Source: Octopus bimaculoides
Lineage: Eukaryota
Assembly: GCF_001194135.2 (NCBI RefSeq)
Contig: NC_068987.1
Location: forward strand, 49,145,594 to 49,209,593
Length of the DNA stretch: 64,000 nt
Reading direction: 5' to 3'
Shown here: positions 26,455-37,807 of the stretch, piece after piece
Layout of the letters: every line of letters starts with the position of its first letter
Position numbering within the stretch: position 1 is the stretch's first letter
The notes under the pieces: model-generated
Told to the model about the DNA's origin: nothing
The model's database searches: none
What the model saw: the letters and a program-made list of their open reading frames with translations, nothing else
Translations under genes and position numbers: made by a program

Positions 26455-27810
26455 GGCCTTAATTGAGGGTGGGTGATTACTTTTCACATGAATGTATTTA
26501 ATATTTTCATTAATCTTATGGTAAGGTTGGGTATTACCTGTAGATAAGTTAAAATTAGCATCTAAATAATTTATATTATAGTACTCATTATAAATAGTAA
26601 TCTTTAATCCATTTCTTTTAAAAAAACTATATATTCTCTTCTTATATAATTCTAGTTTTCTATTNNNNNNNNNNNNNNNNNNNNNNNNNNNNNNNNNNNN
26701 NNNNNNNNNNNNNNNNNNNNNNNNNNNNNNNNNNNNNNNNNNNNNNNNNNNNNNNNNNNNNNNNNNNNNNNNNNNNNNNNNNNNNNNNNNNNNNNNNNNN
26801 NNNNNNNNNNNNNNNNNNNNNNNNNNNNNNNNNNNNNNNNNNNNNNNNNNNNNNNNNNNNNNNNNNNNNNNNNNNNNNNNNNNNNNNNNNNNNNNNNNNN
26901 NNNNNNNNNNNNNNNNNNNNNNNNNNNNNNNNNNNNNNNNNNNNNNNNNNNNNNNNNNNNNNNNNNNNNNNNNNNNNNNNNNNNNNNNNNNNNNNNNNNN
27001 NNNNNNNNNNNNNNNNNNNNNNNNNNNNNNNNNNNNNNNNNNNNNNNNNNNNAATTAATATCATTTAATCTATTGGTATATTTATCTAAAATTATCTTAC
27101 TTAATTTACCTAGATCTGACTTACAAGGACAAATAAGCCTAACTTTAGGGTCAGAATAAAAATTATCCTTATGGTCTTTTAATGTAATTCTAGGGTGCAT
27201 AGGTACACAAGGTTCAGTCTTATTATCAAGTTCATATTTCAACATTATTAATTTAGAGGCCTTATTTATAGAATATAAAGTATTATCTGGAACTATTTTA
27301 TATTTTTTATTAATTTCTTTCTCTAATAGGTAATCATATAATTTTACCTCTAGTTTATATAGGTTCCTAGTTTTATCTGATTGTACTATAATTCCATCCA
27401 TATTTCTAAATTGTTTAATTTTAATAGCTAGATTTCTTAAATAATCATTATGTCTATTTGGGTATTTTTGAAATTTAATATTTTTCACCACCTTCCAAAT
27501 ACTATCCTCTAAAGTCTGTAAATCCCTATTATACTGGGGTTCTTTTCTAGATTTAAATTTAGAATTAATATAATTTGAATTATCTACATCATTAATATTA
27601 GGAATATTATGATAATTATTAAAGTAGACTTTCCATTTAATTCTAGTAATAAAATCCTTAATATTATTAATAAGTTTCAAAATATATTCCTTTCTAGATG
27701 GGATGGGGATATCCTTCAAAGATGAATTCCAAAACATTGGCTCTATCCTACCTGTAAATTCCATAAATAACGAAAATTAGAAGTTAAATACAAACAATAA
27801 ACGTTAATTA
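26455..27810 (-). mobile_element. Penelope-like element RT fragment, possibly Naiad-type
   Basis: 237 open codons SLKDIPIPSRKEY..KLINNIKDFITRIKWK...SDKTRNLY...ITLKDHKDNF...VRLICPCKSDLGKLSK; after the gap YLDANFNLSTG...YIHVKSNHPPSIK; clade assignment from recalled motifs. Confidence 0.85.
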
Positions 27811-27906
27811 TGAATTGGTTCTTTTCCCTAAGACTATATATATACATATAAATATACACACATGCATAAATATATATACATACATACATACATACATACA
27901 TATACC

Positions 27907-27914
<8 letters not shown>

Positions 27915-27940
<26 letters not shown>

Positions 27941-28140
27941 TCATTTAACGTTCACTTTCCATGCTGGCATGGGTTGGATGGTTTGACAGGAGCTGGCTTA
28001 GGAGAAGACTGCACTGTGCTTCACTGTCTGTTTTGGCATGGTTTTTACAGCTAGATGCCCTTCCAAATGCCAACCATTTCATAGCGTGAACTGGATGATT
28101 TTTACATGGCATCAACACTGGCAAGGTCACCAATTAACTT
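27915..28140 (-). mobile_element. RTE-tail short retroposon with (GAT)n tail
   Basis: catcatttaacgttcactttccatgctggcatgggttgg...gatgcccttcc. Confidence 0.75.
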
Positions 28141-28686
28141 GAAGACAATGATCCTTTGAGAGAGGTTGGGGCATTGGAGGAGGTAATCTTGTCCCAGATG
28201 ATGAAAGGCCAGAGTGTAACTGAGAGAGAGAAACAGATGTCTTGCTGTAAAGGAGGTACATGGTTACCTGGTCAGAGAGAGAGAGAGAAAGAAAGAGAGA
28301 GACTGAGGCCAGTAACAGGTGTATTGCTGTAGAGGAGATACATGGTTAACCAGTTAGAGGGATAGAGCAAGAGGAAAAAGAGAAAGTGCAAGAGAGCAGT
28401 AGAAATATGGTGGAAAAGCACCAGGGCATGTTCACAAGGAACAGGGATAAAAATAAATGGGATGGTAGAGAAGAGCAAAGGAGAGATAAATGGTGGCAAA
28501 GTGTAAGGGCGTACCCTCAAGATACAGGGTCAGAGTATAAATGGTTGGGTATTGCCAAGGTGCATGAGCAGGGAGTAGAGACGTGACATGAATGCAAAGA
28601 GTTGTTCCCCACCCTCTCTATTTGCCCAGTTTTACCAGTCGCTGCATATGTATGTATATATGTATGTATGCCTTTTCATATTTACC

Positions 28687-30710
28687 CATCATCATCATTT
28701 AACGTACGCTTTCCATGCTAGTATGGGTTGGATGATTTGACTGAGGACTGGTGAACCAGTTGGCTACACCAGGCTCCAGCCTGATTTGGCAGAGTTTCTA
28801 CAGATGGATGCCCTTCCTAACACCAACCACTCTGAGAGTGTAGTGGGTGCTTTTATGTGCCACCGGCACGAAGGCCAGTCAGGGGGTACTGGCAACGGCC
28901 ATGCTCGAAATGGTGTAATTTACGTGCCACCNNNNNNNNNNNNNNNNNNNNNNNNNNNNNNNNNNNNNNNNNNNNNNNNNNNNNNNNNNNNNNNNNNNNN
29001 NNNNNNNNNNNNNNNNNNNNNNNNNNNNNNNNNNNNNNNNNNNNNNNNNNNNNNNNNNNNNNNNNNNNNNNNNNNNNNNNNNNNNNNNNNNNNNNNNNNN
29101 NNNNNNNNNNNNNNNNNNNNNNNNNNNNNNNNNNNNNNNNNNNNNNNNNNNNNNNNNNNNNNNNNNNNNNNNNNNNNNNNNNNNNNNNNNNNNNNNNNNN
29201 NNNNNNNNNNNNNNNNNNNNNNNNNNNNNNNNNNNNNNNNNNNNNNNNNNNNNNNNNNNNNNNNNNNNNNNNNNNNNNNNNNNNNNNNNNNNNNNNNNNN
29301 NNNNNNNNNNNNNNNNNNNNNNNNNNNNNNNNNNNNNNNNNNNNNNNNNNNNNNNNNNNNNNNNNNNNNNNNNNNNNNNNNNNNNNNNNNNNNNTCTCAC
29401 TTGGCTTGCCGGGTCTTCTCACACACAGCATATTTCCAAAGGTCTTGGTCAGAAGTCATTGCCTCGGTGAGGCCCAATGTTCAGAGGTCGTGCTTCACCA
29501 CCTCATCCCAGGTCTTCCTGGGCCTGCCTCTTCCACAGGTTCCCTCAACCCCTAAGGTGTAGCACTTTTTCACACAGCTATCCTCATCCATTCTCGCCAC
29601 ATAACTATACCAGCACAATCGTCTCTCTTGCACACCACAACTGATGCTTCTTAGGTCTAACTTTTCTCTCAAGGTACTTACACTCTGTCGAGTATGCCCA
29701 CTGACATTACTCATCCATCGGAGGATACTGGCTTTATTCCGTGTGAGCTTACGCATGTCCTCAGCAGTCACGGCCCATGTTTTACTGCCATGTAGTATGG
29801 CTGTTTGTACACATGCGTCATACAGTCTGCCTTTTACTCTGAGTGAGAGGCCCTTTGTCGCCAGCAGAGGTAAGAGCTCTCTGAATTTTGCCCAAGCTAT
29901 TCTTATTCTAGCAGCTACACTTTCAGCGCACCCTCCCCCACTACTGACTTGGTCACCGAGATAGCGGAAGCTATCAACTATGTCTAGTTTTTCTCCCTGG
30001 AATGTGACAGAAGTTGTTTTCTGCACATTTTCAGTGTTTATTGCTCCTGAACATCTGCCACATACAAAAACTAACTTCCTAGTTAACCCTCCTTTNNNNN
30101 NNNNNNNNNNNNNNNNNNNNNNNNNNNNNNNNNNNNNNNNNNNNNNNNNNNNNNNNNNNNNNNNNNNNNNNNNNNNNNNNNNNNNNNNNNNNNNNNNNNN
30201 NNNNNNNNNNNNNNNNNNNNNNNNNNNNNNNNNNNNNNNNNNNNNNNNNNNNNNNNNNNNNNNNNNNNNNNNNNNNNNNNNNNNNNNNNNNNNNNNNNNN
30301 NNNNNNNNNNNNNNNNNNNNNNNNNNNNNNNNNNNNNNNNNNNNNNNNNNNNNNNNNNNNNNNNNNNNNNNNNNNNNNNNNNNNNNNNNNNNNNGGTGGA
30401 CCCCTACCTCTACTCGGAATTCTTCACTGTACTCATTACCAACCCTCACCTTACTGACAGCATCCCTGTACATCGCTTGTACAGCTCTCACTAACCACTC
30501 ATCTATCCCTAGTTTCCTCATTGACCACCAGATAAGGGAGCGGGGGACCCTGTCAAAGGTTTTCTCCATGTCAACGAAAGCCAGGTACAGAAGTTTATCT
30601 TTGGCTAGGTATTTCTCCTGCAGCTGTCTTACCAGAAATCTAGCATCAATGGTGCTTTTCCTTGGCACAAACCCAAACTGCATCTCATCTAAACTGATTT
30701 GCATCTCAGT
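28687..30710 (-). mobile_element. RTE-clade LINE, 5'-truncated, RT largely open
   Basis: ORF 29481-30797: LDEMQFGFVPRKST.DA.FLVRQLQEKY...FVDMEKTFDRVPR...EEFRVEVGVH...CGRGRPRKTWDEVV; (GAT)n tail. Confidence 0.95.
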
Positions 30711-31689
30711 GGTTGGATATTGAAACAATATAACATATGAAGATTTGGATGGATTGAAAGTAGAAATTATAAAACAAAATTCAATAGACTTCAGCAACCC
30801 TTGTTAATAAGATTCATTCTTTGCTTGCTTGACTGATAAAATGACCATTAAAATTTGAAGAATTAGTTCATATAATCTAGCTGCTATAGATAAATGTTTC
30901 ACTCAATTTAACATTCACAAGCTAATAACAGACTTGATATTATTCTGTTTGGCAATTGAGGAAGTAATGTTTGGCAATGATTTTATCTTTATTACAAAGA
31001 ATAATTTCCTGCAGTTACCTGCATATTTAGTTTACATTTTTACAAATGTTACACTATTATAAAAGATAACCCCAAGTAGATGAGGTGATGGCTGAGTCTT
31101 TATACATAGTAAAACCAGCTCATTATCAGCTTAACATGTACATTAAGCGGATGAGGTTATTGCCTATATAGTTAGGAAAGTGTGATTACAGTGCACAAGA
31201 ACACATAAAGAATGTTTTAGCATTGGAAGAAAATATGGTCATCTACTGTTTACTATGGGAGGCTGTAGGTGTAACAATTATTTTGTTCAATTGGAAGTTC
31301 AGCTTTTGCAGTAGAGAGAGTACTCTGCAAGTAAAAAAATTTTCACACAAATTTTCTCTCAGATATTTCAGCTTAGAAAATTGCTATTAGGATAAAGTTT
31401 TCTAAAACTGACACAAATTCATATTTTGTTATGGAAGAACATAGTGAGCTGAATCAAATTCAGAGTTTTTTTATTTATCAATCCTAGAGATGAAATGTAT
31501 AATAAAACCACTGTAAGATTTTCATTTGAATCTAAAATATACAGGGACTAAACTAAATTCTAAATGGAATTTAGTTTGGCACTCTGCCATCTTGGCCATG
31601 TCATTCATCTAATAATACTAATTTGGTAGCAATTCCTTTGAATAAATGGATGAATGGTTTTAGGTTTATAAACAGACACAATGGCTTAA

Positions 31690-31862
31690 TGGCAGTACCA
31701 CAATGAAAAACATTAAAAGTTCAGGATTCCAGGTACAGATCCAATGAGTAGCATCTTGGGTAAATATCTTCCACTATAGCCTGGGGCAACCAAAGCCTTG
31801 TGAGTGGATTTGGTAGGCAAAAACTGAAAGACATCCATCGTATGTGTGTGTGTGTGTGTGTG
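31690..31862 (+). mobile_element. SINE family B
   Basis: Family motifs ending in (TG)n. Confidence 0.7.
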
Positions 31863-32089
31863 TGTGTCTTTATATTTAAAAAGGCATTCAGCTGTAAAAA
31901 CTATGCCAAACAGAGAGTGGAGCTTGGTGCAGTCTTCTTCGCTTGCTAATTCCTGTCAAACTGTCCAAACCCTACCAGTATGGAAGACGGGCATTAAGTG
32001 ATGATGATGATGATGGTTGTAGTGGTGGTGGTGGTGGTGGTGATCTTCTCCAATGAAAGACTCCAACCCCATTACAATAGAATGTTCTT

Positions 32090-32352
32090 CTCACAACACA
32101 CAAAATTATTCCATTGTGTGAAGTTCATAGTTCCATGTACTTTATCTTTCTCTTCTCTCTCTCTCACTCTCATTCTTATTTTTCATTTTATTTATTATTA
32201 CTTCATGAGGACAAGGGAACTTTTTAACTACAGGCTAATGTTTTAACATTATTTTACTCACAACATAAACTTTATTCCATTGTGTGAACTTTATACTTCC
32301 ATGTACTTTATCTCTTCTCTCCCTCTCTCACTCTCTCACTTACCCCTGTCCT

Positions 32353-32386
<34 letters not shown>

Positions 32387-32612
32387 GCAACTAGATGCTA
32401 ATGTTTTAACATTCTTCAAGGCAGGTCTCTTGCTCATCCCATCAGAAATCCTTTCTCCTCACAACACTCCAATGCATGCAATGCCGTACTGTGAACTTTA
32501 CATTTCCACATAATTTATCTCTCCTTTTTTTTTCTATTCTTTCCCATTTATCTATTTTGTTATTAATTTATTTATTTGTTGTGTTGTCTAACTAGATGTT
32601 AATGTTTCAACA
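32090..32612. repeat. Three diverged tandem units (about 155-200 bp) with variable CT-rich spacers
   Basis: ctcacaac...tgtgaa...tttatct and aactagatgctaatgttttaac-like blocks recur from 32090, 32257 and 32458. Confidence 0.7.
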
Positions 32613-33201
32613 GCCAGAGTTTATGTAGCCAGTAGCTAATGCAAGGCTGTGTGATAAGGGGTCCATGTATAGCATCTGGTTTATGGAGAGAAGATACCAG
32701 AATCTTCAGATCACTTAACTGGCTTTAGTATGTAAATTAATAGACAGCCACAGATTGTGTTATGTAGATGGAGCTCCTGTTAACATACCAGTTTCCTACA
32801 CACTATTTTGTACACTACCAATAACAATCATATGACTAAGACAGGTTTCTGTGTAACTAAAAATAACTTCCTATCACTTGGTTTTCTTCTTTCTTCTTTT
32901 TTTTTCTCTTTTCTTGGTATGGTGGAAGTATCTTTGTTAAGTCTGCTTCTTTCTCTTTTACTACCTATATGTATATCGGTATATTTCTCCTCTATAGAAC
33001 TGATTTTATGTTTCGCTTTCATTATCTTACTCTTTTTAGTTGATTCTCTAATATTCCTGCCAACATATTTTTCTACTGTTATTTTTCTCTTTTTCTTTTC
33101 ATCCCCGCCCCTGTCATTTCCTCTCCTCTTCCCTCCTTCCCCTCTCTCTAACTTTCTATCTTCATAAATTAAAAAAATATGAGCTGAGAGAAATATTTCA
33201 G

Positions 33202-33247
33202 AGTGGCCAGTGGCATGTGCATTAATGAACAACATAGACAAATACAG
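33202..33247 (+). other. Candidate 46-bp exon, unverified
   Basis: tatttcag acceptor and CAG/gtatat donor; reads WPVACALMNNIDKY; no homology recognised. Confidence 0.15.
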
Positions 33248-33479
33248 GTATATCAAACACCATACAATAAAAATTCTTGATTTACTAAGACTTTCTCCAC
33301 CTCCACATGTATCACGATTGCCAAATAGCAACTGAGAACACCTCCTCATGAGAAATAGAGATAAACTCAAGAATTTATTAGCATGGAAGTTGATATAACT
33401 GCAGTTGATTATGTTATTCAAATACATGTCACTTGGCCACTTGTTTAATGTATGTAAATTACCTAGGCATAAATGTGTT

Positions 33480-34095
33480 ACCTTTTTACTTGTTTCAGTC
33501 ATTAGACTGTGGCCTTGTTGGGACACTACCCTGAAACATTTTAGTCAAGTGAATTGATCCCGCTACTTATTTTTCATTTGCTTTTACTGAACTGCTAAGT
33601 TACAGGGATGTAAACTGTTGTATGGAGAATCTGTACACCCGCATGATTGGCTAAGTGAACTATACTAGTTAGTATAAATGAGCATGTGCAGAACAGTCTG
33701 AAAAGAGTGTCATATATGCAGTCATAATATACAGCTCGTAGGAATTATTGAATAGAGATATCATGGAGTGCTTGTTGAAGATACACAGTTGGAGAGTAAT
33801 AAGAGAACATCAGGAACATTTGATGTTATAACAGTTCAGATATAACAGTGACGACGAGAAGTCATACATCATATCATAAACACAAAAACACCAGTTGTCA
33901 AGTGGTGGTTGGGGGACAAACATAGACACAAAGACATACACACGTAAATACATACAACAGGCTTCTTTAGGTTTCTGTCTATCAAATCCCTTCCCAAGGC
34001 TTTGGTCAGCACAAGGCTGTATTAAAAGATACTTTCCCAAGGTGCCTCACAGTGGGGTCAAACCCAGAACCATGTGGTTGGGAAGCAAACTTCTC
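33480..34095 (-). mobile_element. SINE family B interrupted by a solo LTR
   Basis: Excising 33616-33876 and one TAAAC rejoins gtaaac with acaaaaacaccagttgtcaag of the 3' module. Confidence 0.75.
33616..33876 (+). mobile_element. Solo LTR (TG...CA, 5-bp TSD TAAAC; BEL/Pao- or Copia-like)
   Basis: Starts TGTTGTATG and ends TATCA; TAAAC at 33611-33615 and 33877-33881; reversed CCAAT at 33645 and TATAAAT at 33673. Confidence 0.7.
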
Positions 34096-34144
34096 ATCCC
34101 ACAGCCACACCTGCGTATAATGCAAAGATGTTCGATTCTTTTTG

Positions 34145-34497
34145 TATATGGCTAAAAGTTAAAGACCCTCTTCAGTTATAAATGACCATGGGATTGCACC
34201 TACAAGGTTCTGCTCCAAAGCACAAGTCCAGCCAAGGTTGTTTATGGTAGACTAGCAGTCACCCATGCATACCATCCTCCTCTCTCTACACCACCAATGT
34301 TATCCAAGGGAAAGGCAAAGGCTGATACAGCTTGGCATCAGTGATGTTGCAACCTATTTCTACAGATGAGTGAACTGCAGCAATGTGAAAAAAAAACGTG
34401 TTGCTCAAGAACACAACAAACAGCCTGCTTCAGGAATAGAACTCACTACCTCATTATTGTGAGCCCAATGTTCTGACCACTAAGCCATGCACCTCCA
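34145..34497 (-). mobile_element. Third tRNA-derived SINE family (CORE-like)
   Basis: Minus strand ggaggtgcatggcttagtggtcagaac...gtgttcttgagcaacac; related to 51538-51800. Confidence 0.65.
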
Positions 34498-34813
34498 TGA
34501 CTAACTTAAATTATTATTGGAGATAAAGTAGGATAACTGTGCTGCTGACATTTAACGGGGTAGAAACACATGTACATGACTTTCCTTTTATCTCCAGAAA
34601 GAAAAGTCTGTTTTTTTCTTTAATGGCCTGTCAACTATAGACAATTCTTGATTTTTTAGATTATCTTCTTCTTTTATATGGAACTAGTTTTAATTGCCAT
34701 TTGGTACTTATGGCACATCCTCTTGAGACAGAGGTATGTATATTGTATAGTATTTTATATATTTCTATTTGTACAAATGTGTGTATATACATACATACAT
34801 ATCTATCTATCTA

Positions 34814-34844
<31 letters not shown>

Positions 34845-34929
34845 GTGAGTCGTGGGAGAGTCCATAAGTCAAGGAAAAGATGCATTCATATATCTGTCAA
34901 TAGAGTGAGTTTATTATCCAAAATGTACA

Positions 34930-35745
34930 GTATTAATCTCCATCATGGCTGATCCTACAAATTGGTTTCACACAAGGAATACAATGGAGTGTTAGGTAAC
35001 AATTTGATTATATAACCTTACGCTCATCAGAGTTAGCCAATATGGAAGGGAATATGGTGACTGTTCTCTATTGTCAGAGGCAAATTGACACATCTGGTTT
35101 GCAGTTGCTGTGCAAAGGGTGGTGAAATGGAAAAGGGCAGGAGATTAGGTTAGGAATTGTGTCTTTTGATTGGATTTGCCGTAAAGCCAGTAAGAGTTAT
35201 CTTGAAGTGTTTGTGGGAAGTGTGGGCAATTATTAAATGTGGTGCTCTGGTGAGGTGGGGTGTTTGATATGTATAGTGGTGTCATATGTATAGGTTTTTC
35301 CAGGCGTGTAGGTAGATATAATTGTGGTCGTTTATCTGTTCTCTTACTGTATTGGTCAAGGTCGTGGAGGGTTTATGTTAGCAAGCGGTGTGTAATGTGT
35401 GTGTGTCAGGTCTATATATGTGTGGGGGTACAATGTGTATGAAGGGGAATATGTTGGAGGTGGTAGAAGACAGCTGGTTTGGTGGGTGTCCGCCTTGTTG
35501 GGGCATGCGTATGTATACATTGGTGTGTTGGTGTATGTTCTGGTCAAACTCTTTGCCAGGTTCAAGGGCACTGGTGGAAGGCCAAGGTTGAGGACCTGTG
35601 GTTGTAGTTATGGTAGACCCACAGGTACGATAGGATGTACTTCCTTTCATGTGGGCAAGAATTAAACACTTCACTCCTACTATTCAGGTAAATATCCAGA
35701 CGTTGGGTACCCTTTAAAATCGTTTTCTCAGCCGGGCACAACCTG
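34930..35745 (-). mobile_element. Penelope-like element 3' end: Cys-motif C-terminus plus 3' UTR
   Basis: KCRLCPAEKTILK...LNSRSEVFNSCPHERKYIL resembles the motif after the PLE GIY-YIG domain; degenerate CTGATGA...GAAA downstream. Confidence 0.7.
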
Positions 35746-36245
35746 CACTTCTGCCTTTCATTCTTTTGAGGTCGATTAAATAAGTACCAGTTACTCACAG
35801 GGGTCAATGTAATCGACTTAATCCCTTTGTCTGTCCTTGTTTGTCCCTTCTATGTTTAGCCCCTTGTGGGCAATAAAGAAATAAAATTATTATTATTATT
35901 GTTGTTGTTATTATTATTATTATTATCATTATTATTATTACTATTAAGGTGCTGAGCTGGCAGACACATTAGCACACGAGGCAAAGTGCTTAGCAATATT
36001 TCATCTGTCACAACGTTCTGAGTTCAAATTCCACTTTCATCCTTTCAGGGGTCAATGAAATAAGTACTAGTTAAGCACTGGGGTAGATGTAAACAACTAG
36101 CCCCCTTCTACCAAATTATTATTAGTAGAAAGGATTATTATTATTATTATAATCTGAGTTCAAATGCCGCCAAGGTCAACTTTGCCTTTCATCCTTGCAG
36201 GATTGATAAATTAAGTAGCAATTATGCACTGGGCTCGATGTAACC
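35735..36245 (+). mobile_element. Cluster of three SINE family A copies separated by (ATT)n
   Basis: Family motifs at about 35735, 35944 and 36155. Confidence 0.8.
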
Positions 36246-36697
36246 AACTTCTGTGTGTTATCTTGTGTATTTGTGCGTGCACATGTCTATAATGTAAGTT
36301 GTGTTATTTTGTTGAGTCTTATCTAGTATGCAGTATAAGTTGTGTTGTTTTAGATTATTAGATGCCTGTTGCATAAGCTGTGTGTTGTATGTAAAGATTA
36401 TTCTATTTTAGCTATTCAATTGAATCATGAACTATTCTGTTGAATTGGCAGTGTCTTGTGCAAGATGTGGGCTGTTCCTAGCAGAGCTATTTATTTTCGG
36501 ACAGTGTTGTAGTGTTGTGAGCCAAGGTATGGTTTGAACATTTTTTTGATATTTTTCTAGATCATACCTAATGCTCCAGTTACTAATGAAACCATTTTCA
36601 TCTTCATTCCCCTCATCTTGAATATTACAATGTCAAGATTCTTGTATTTTGACAGTTTCTCCATCTCCTTCCAAACAATATTTTCAGAAGAAGGAAG

Positions 36698-36905
36698 GCA
36701 GTGAGTTAGCTGAATCATTAGCCCACTGAGTAAAATGCTTAGTGGCATTTTCTCCATCTTATCGTTCAAATTCTACCGAGGTCAACTTTGCCCTTCATCC
36801 TTTTGGGGTTGATAAAATGAGTACTGTTGAGTGCTGGGATTGATGTAATCAACTTATCCCCCTCCCCAAAATTGCTAGCCTTGTGCCAAAATTTGAAATC
36901 CATAT
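36698..36905 (+). mobile_element. SINE family A inside the R4 fragment
   Basis: Imperfect TSD atattttcagaagaa / atattttcataagaa. Confidence 0.8.
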
Positions 36906-37530
36906 TTTCATAAGAACGGATTACAACGTCTATCTGTCTTTTATTATGTTTGGATGGCATACTTGGATTTCTTTGTCAATTTGGATGGGCATGTCCAATA
37001 TTATTGAAGCTGGGTCACTGTCAGACTTATACCACTTTTCATTTGCTTTCACATTAAAGTGTTGGTATATTGCCCAGTGGAAGTAGCTGCCAACATGATT
37101 ATGTCTGTATATTTGGTAAGGACTGAGCAACCAGAAATGATGTTGCTAACTATCTCATTTTGATGGTTGTACATCCAATATTTGGTGTTGGATCCATTCT
37201 CATGATTTTATTTGTATAGTTGCTTGTGGTCAGACACTGGTCTTATGCAGCAAGGACCAGTATCTCTATTTCTGCTTTTAGGCCAGAATTTTTAAGCCAT
37301 TGTTGATTTTCACTTTAGCGTACTTCTCTGTCAAGCCTTGCAAGGTATTGGCCATAGGACAGTTTTTCCTTTTCACTTCTTCTCGAGAATGTTTTGTAGT
37401 TTTATTTTCATGATGTCTCTGTCTTTTTAACCATTTTTGTTTTGTTGTTATCTAAATTTAATGTTTCATTGCACCCTGTTTCTGTTTGCATTTTATCACT
37501 TTCTATTGAATAGAGAAGAGTTTTTCTGTT

Positions 37531-37807
37531 GTTCTATATTTAAGAGATGAAGAATTATGTACATTATTTACATTATTTACAATTGACAGATATTTGTCCT
37601 CATCTTGTTTGTTGTTAACACAACGCTTCGGTTGATATACCCTCCAGCCTTCATCAGGTGTCTTGGAGAAATTTTGAACCTGGGTTCTCATTCCTAAAGT
37701 ATTTTTCGATGTTGTTGTTATTATTTTTCAGGTCACTGCCTGGAATCAAACTCGGAATCTTGAGGTTAGTAGCCTGTGCTCTTAACCACTATGCCATATG
37801 CCCGTGG
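37531..37807 (-). mobile_element. tRNA-headed short retroposon carrying a hammerhead motif, 11-bp TSD
   Basis: gtttttctgtt at 37520-37530 and 37808-37818; A box tggcatagtgg and B box gagtttgattcc in 37730-37802; hammerhead at 37617-37662. Confidence 0.85.
37617..37662 (-). ncRNA. Minimal type I hammerhead ribozyme motif, this copy mutated
   Basis: gacac-CTGATGA-A-ggctg...caacc-GAAG-CGTT-gtgtt; GAAA is GAAG and stem II has one mismatch. Confidence 0.65.

Noticed and set aside
32828-33526. 232-aa minus-strand ORF as a gene
   Set aside because: It starts inside a SINE tail and its Lys/Arg/Glu-rich end is the translation of a polypyrimidine tract; no recognisable domain.
37730-37802. Functional tRNA genes (also 50395-50460 and the SINE heads)
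   Set aside because: Acceptor stems and T-loops are degenerate and each sits within a mobile element.
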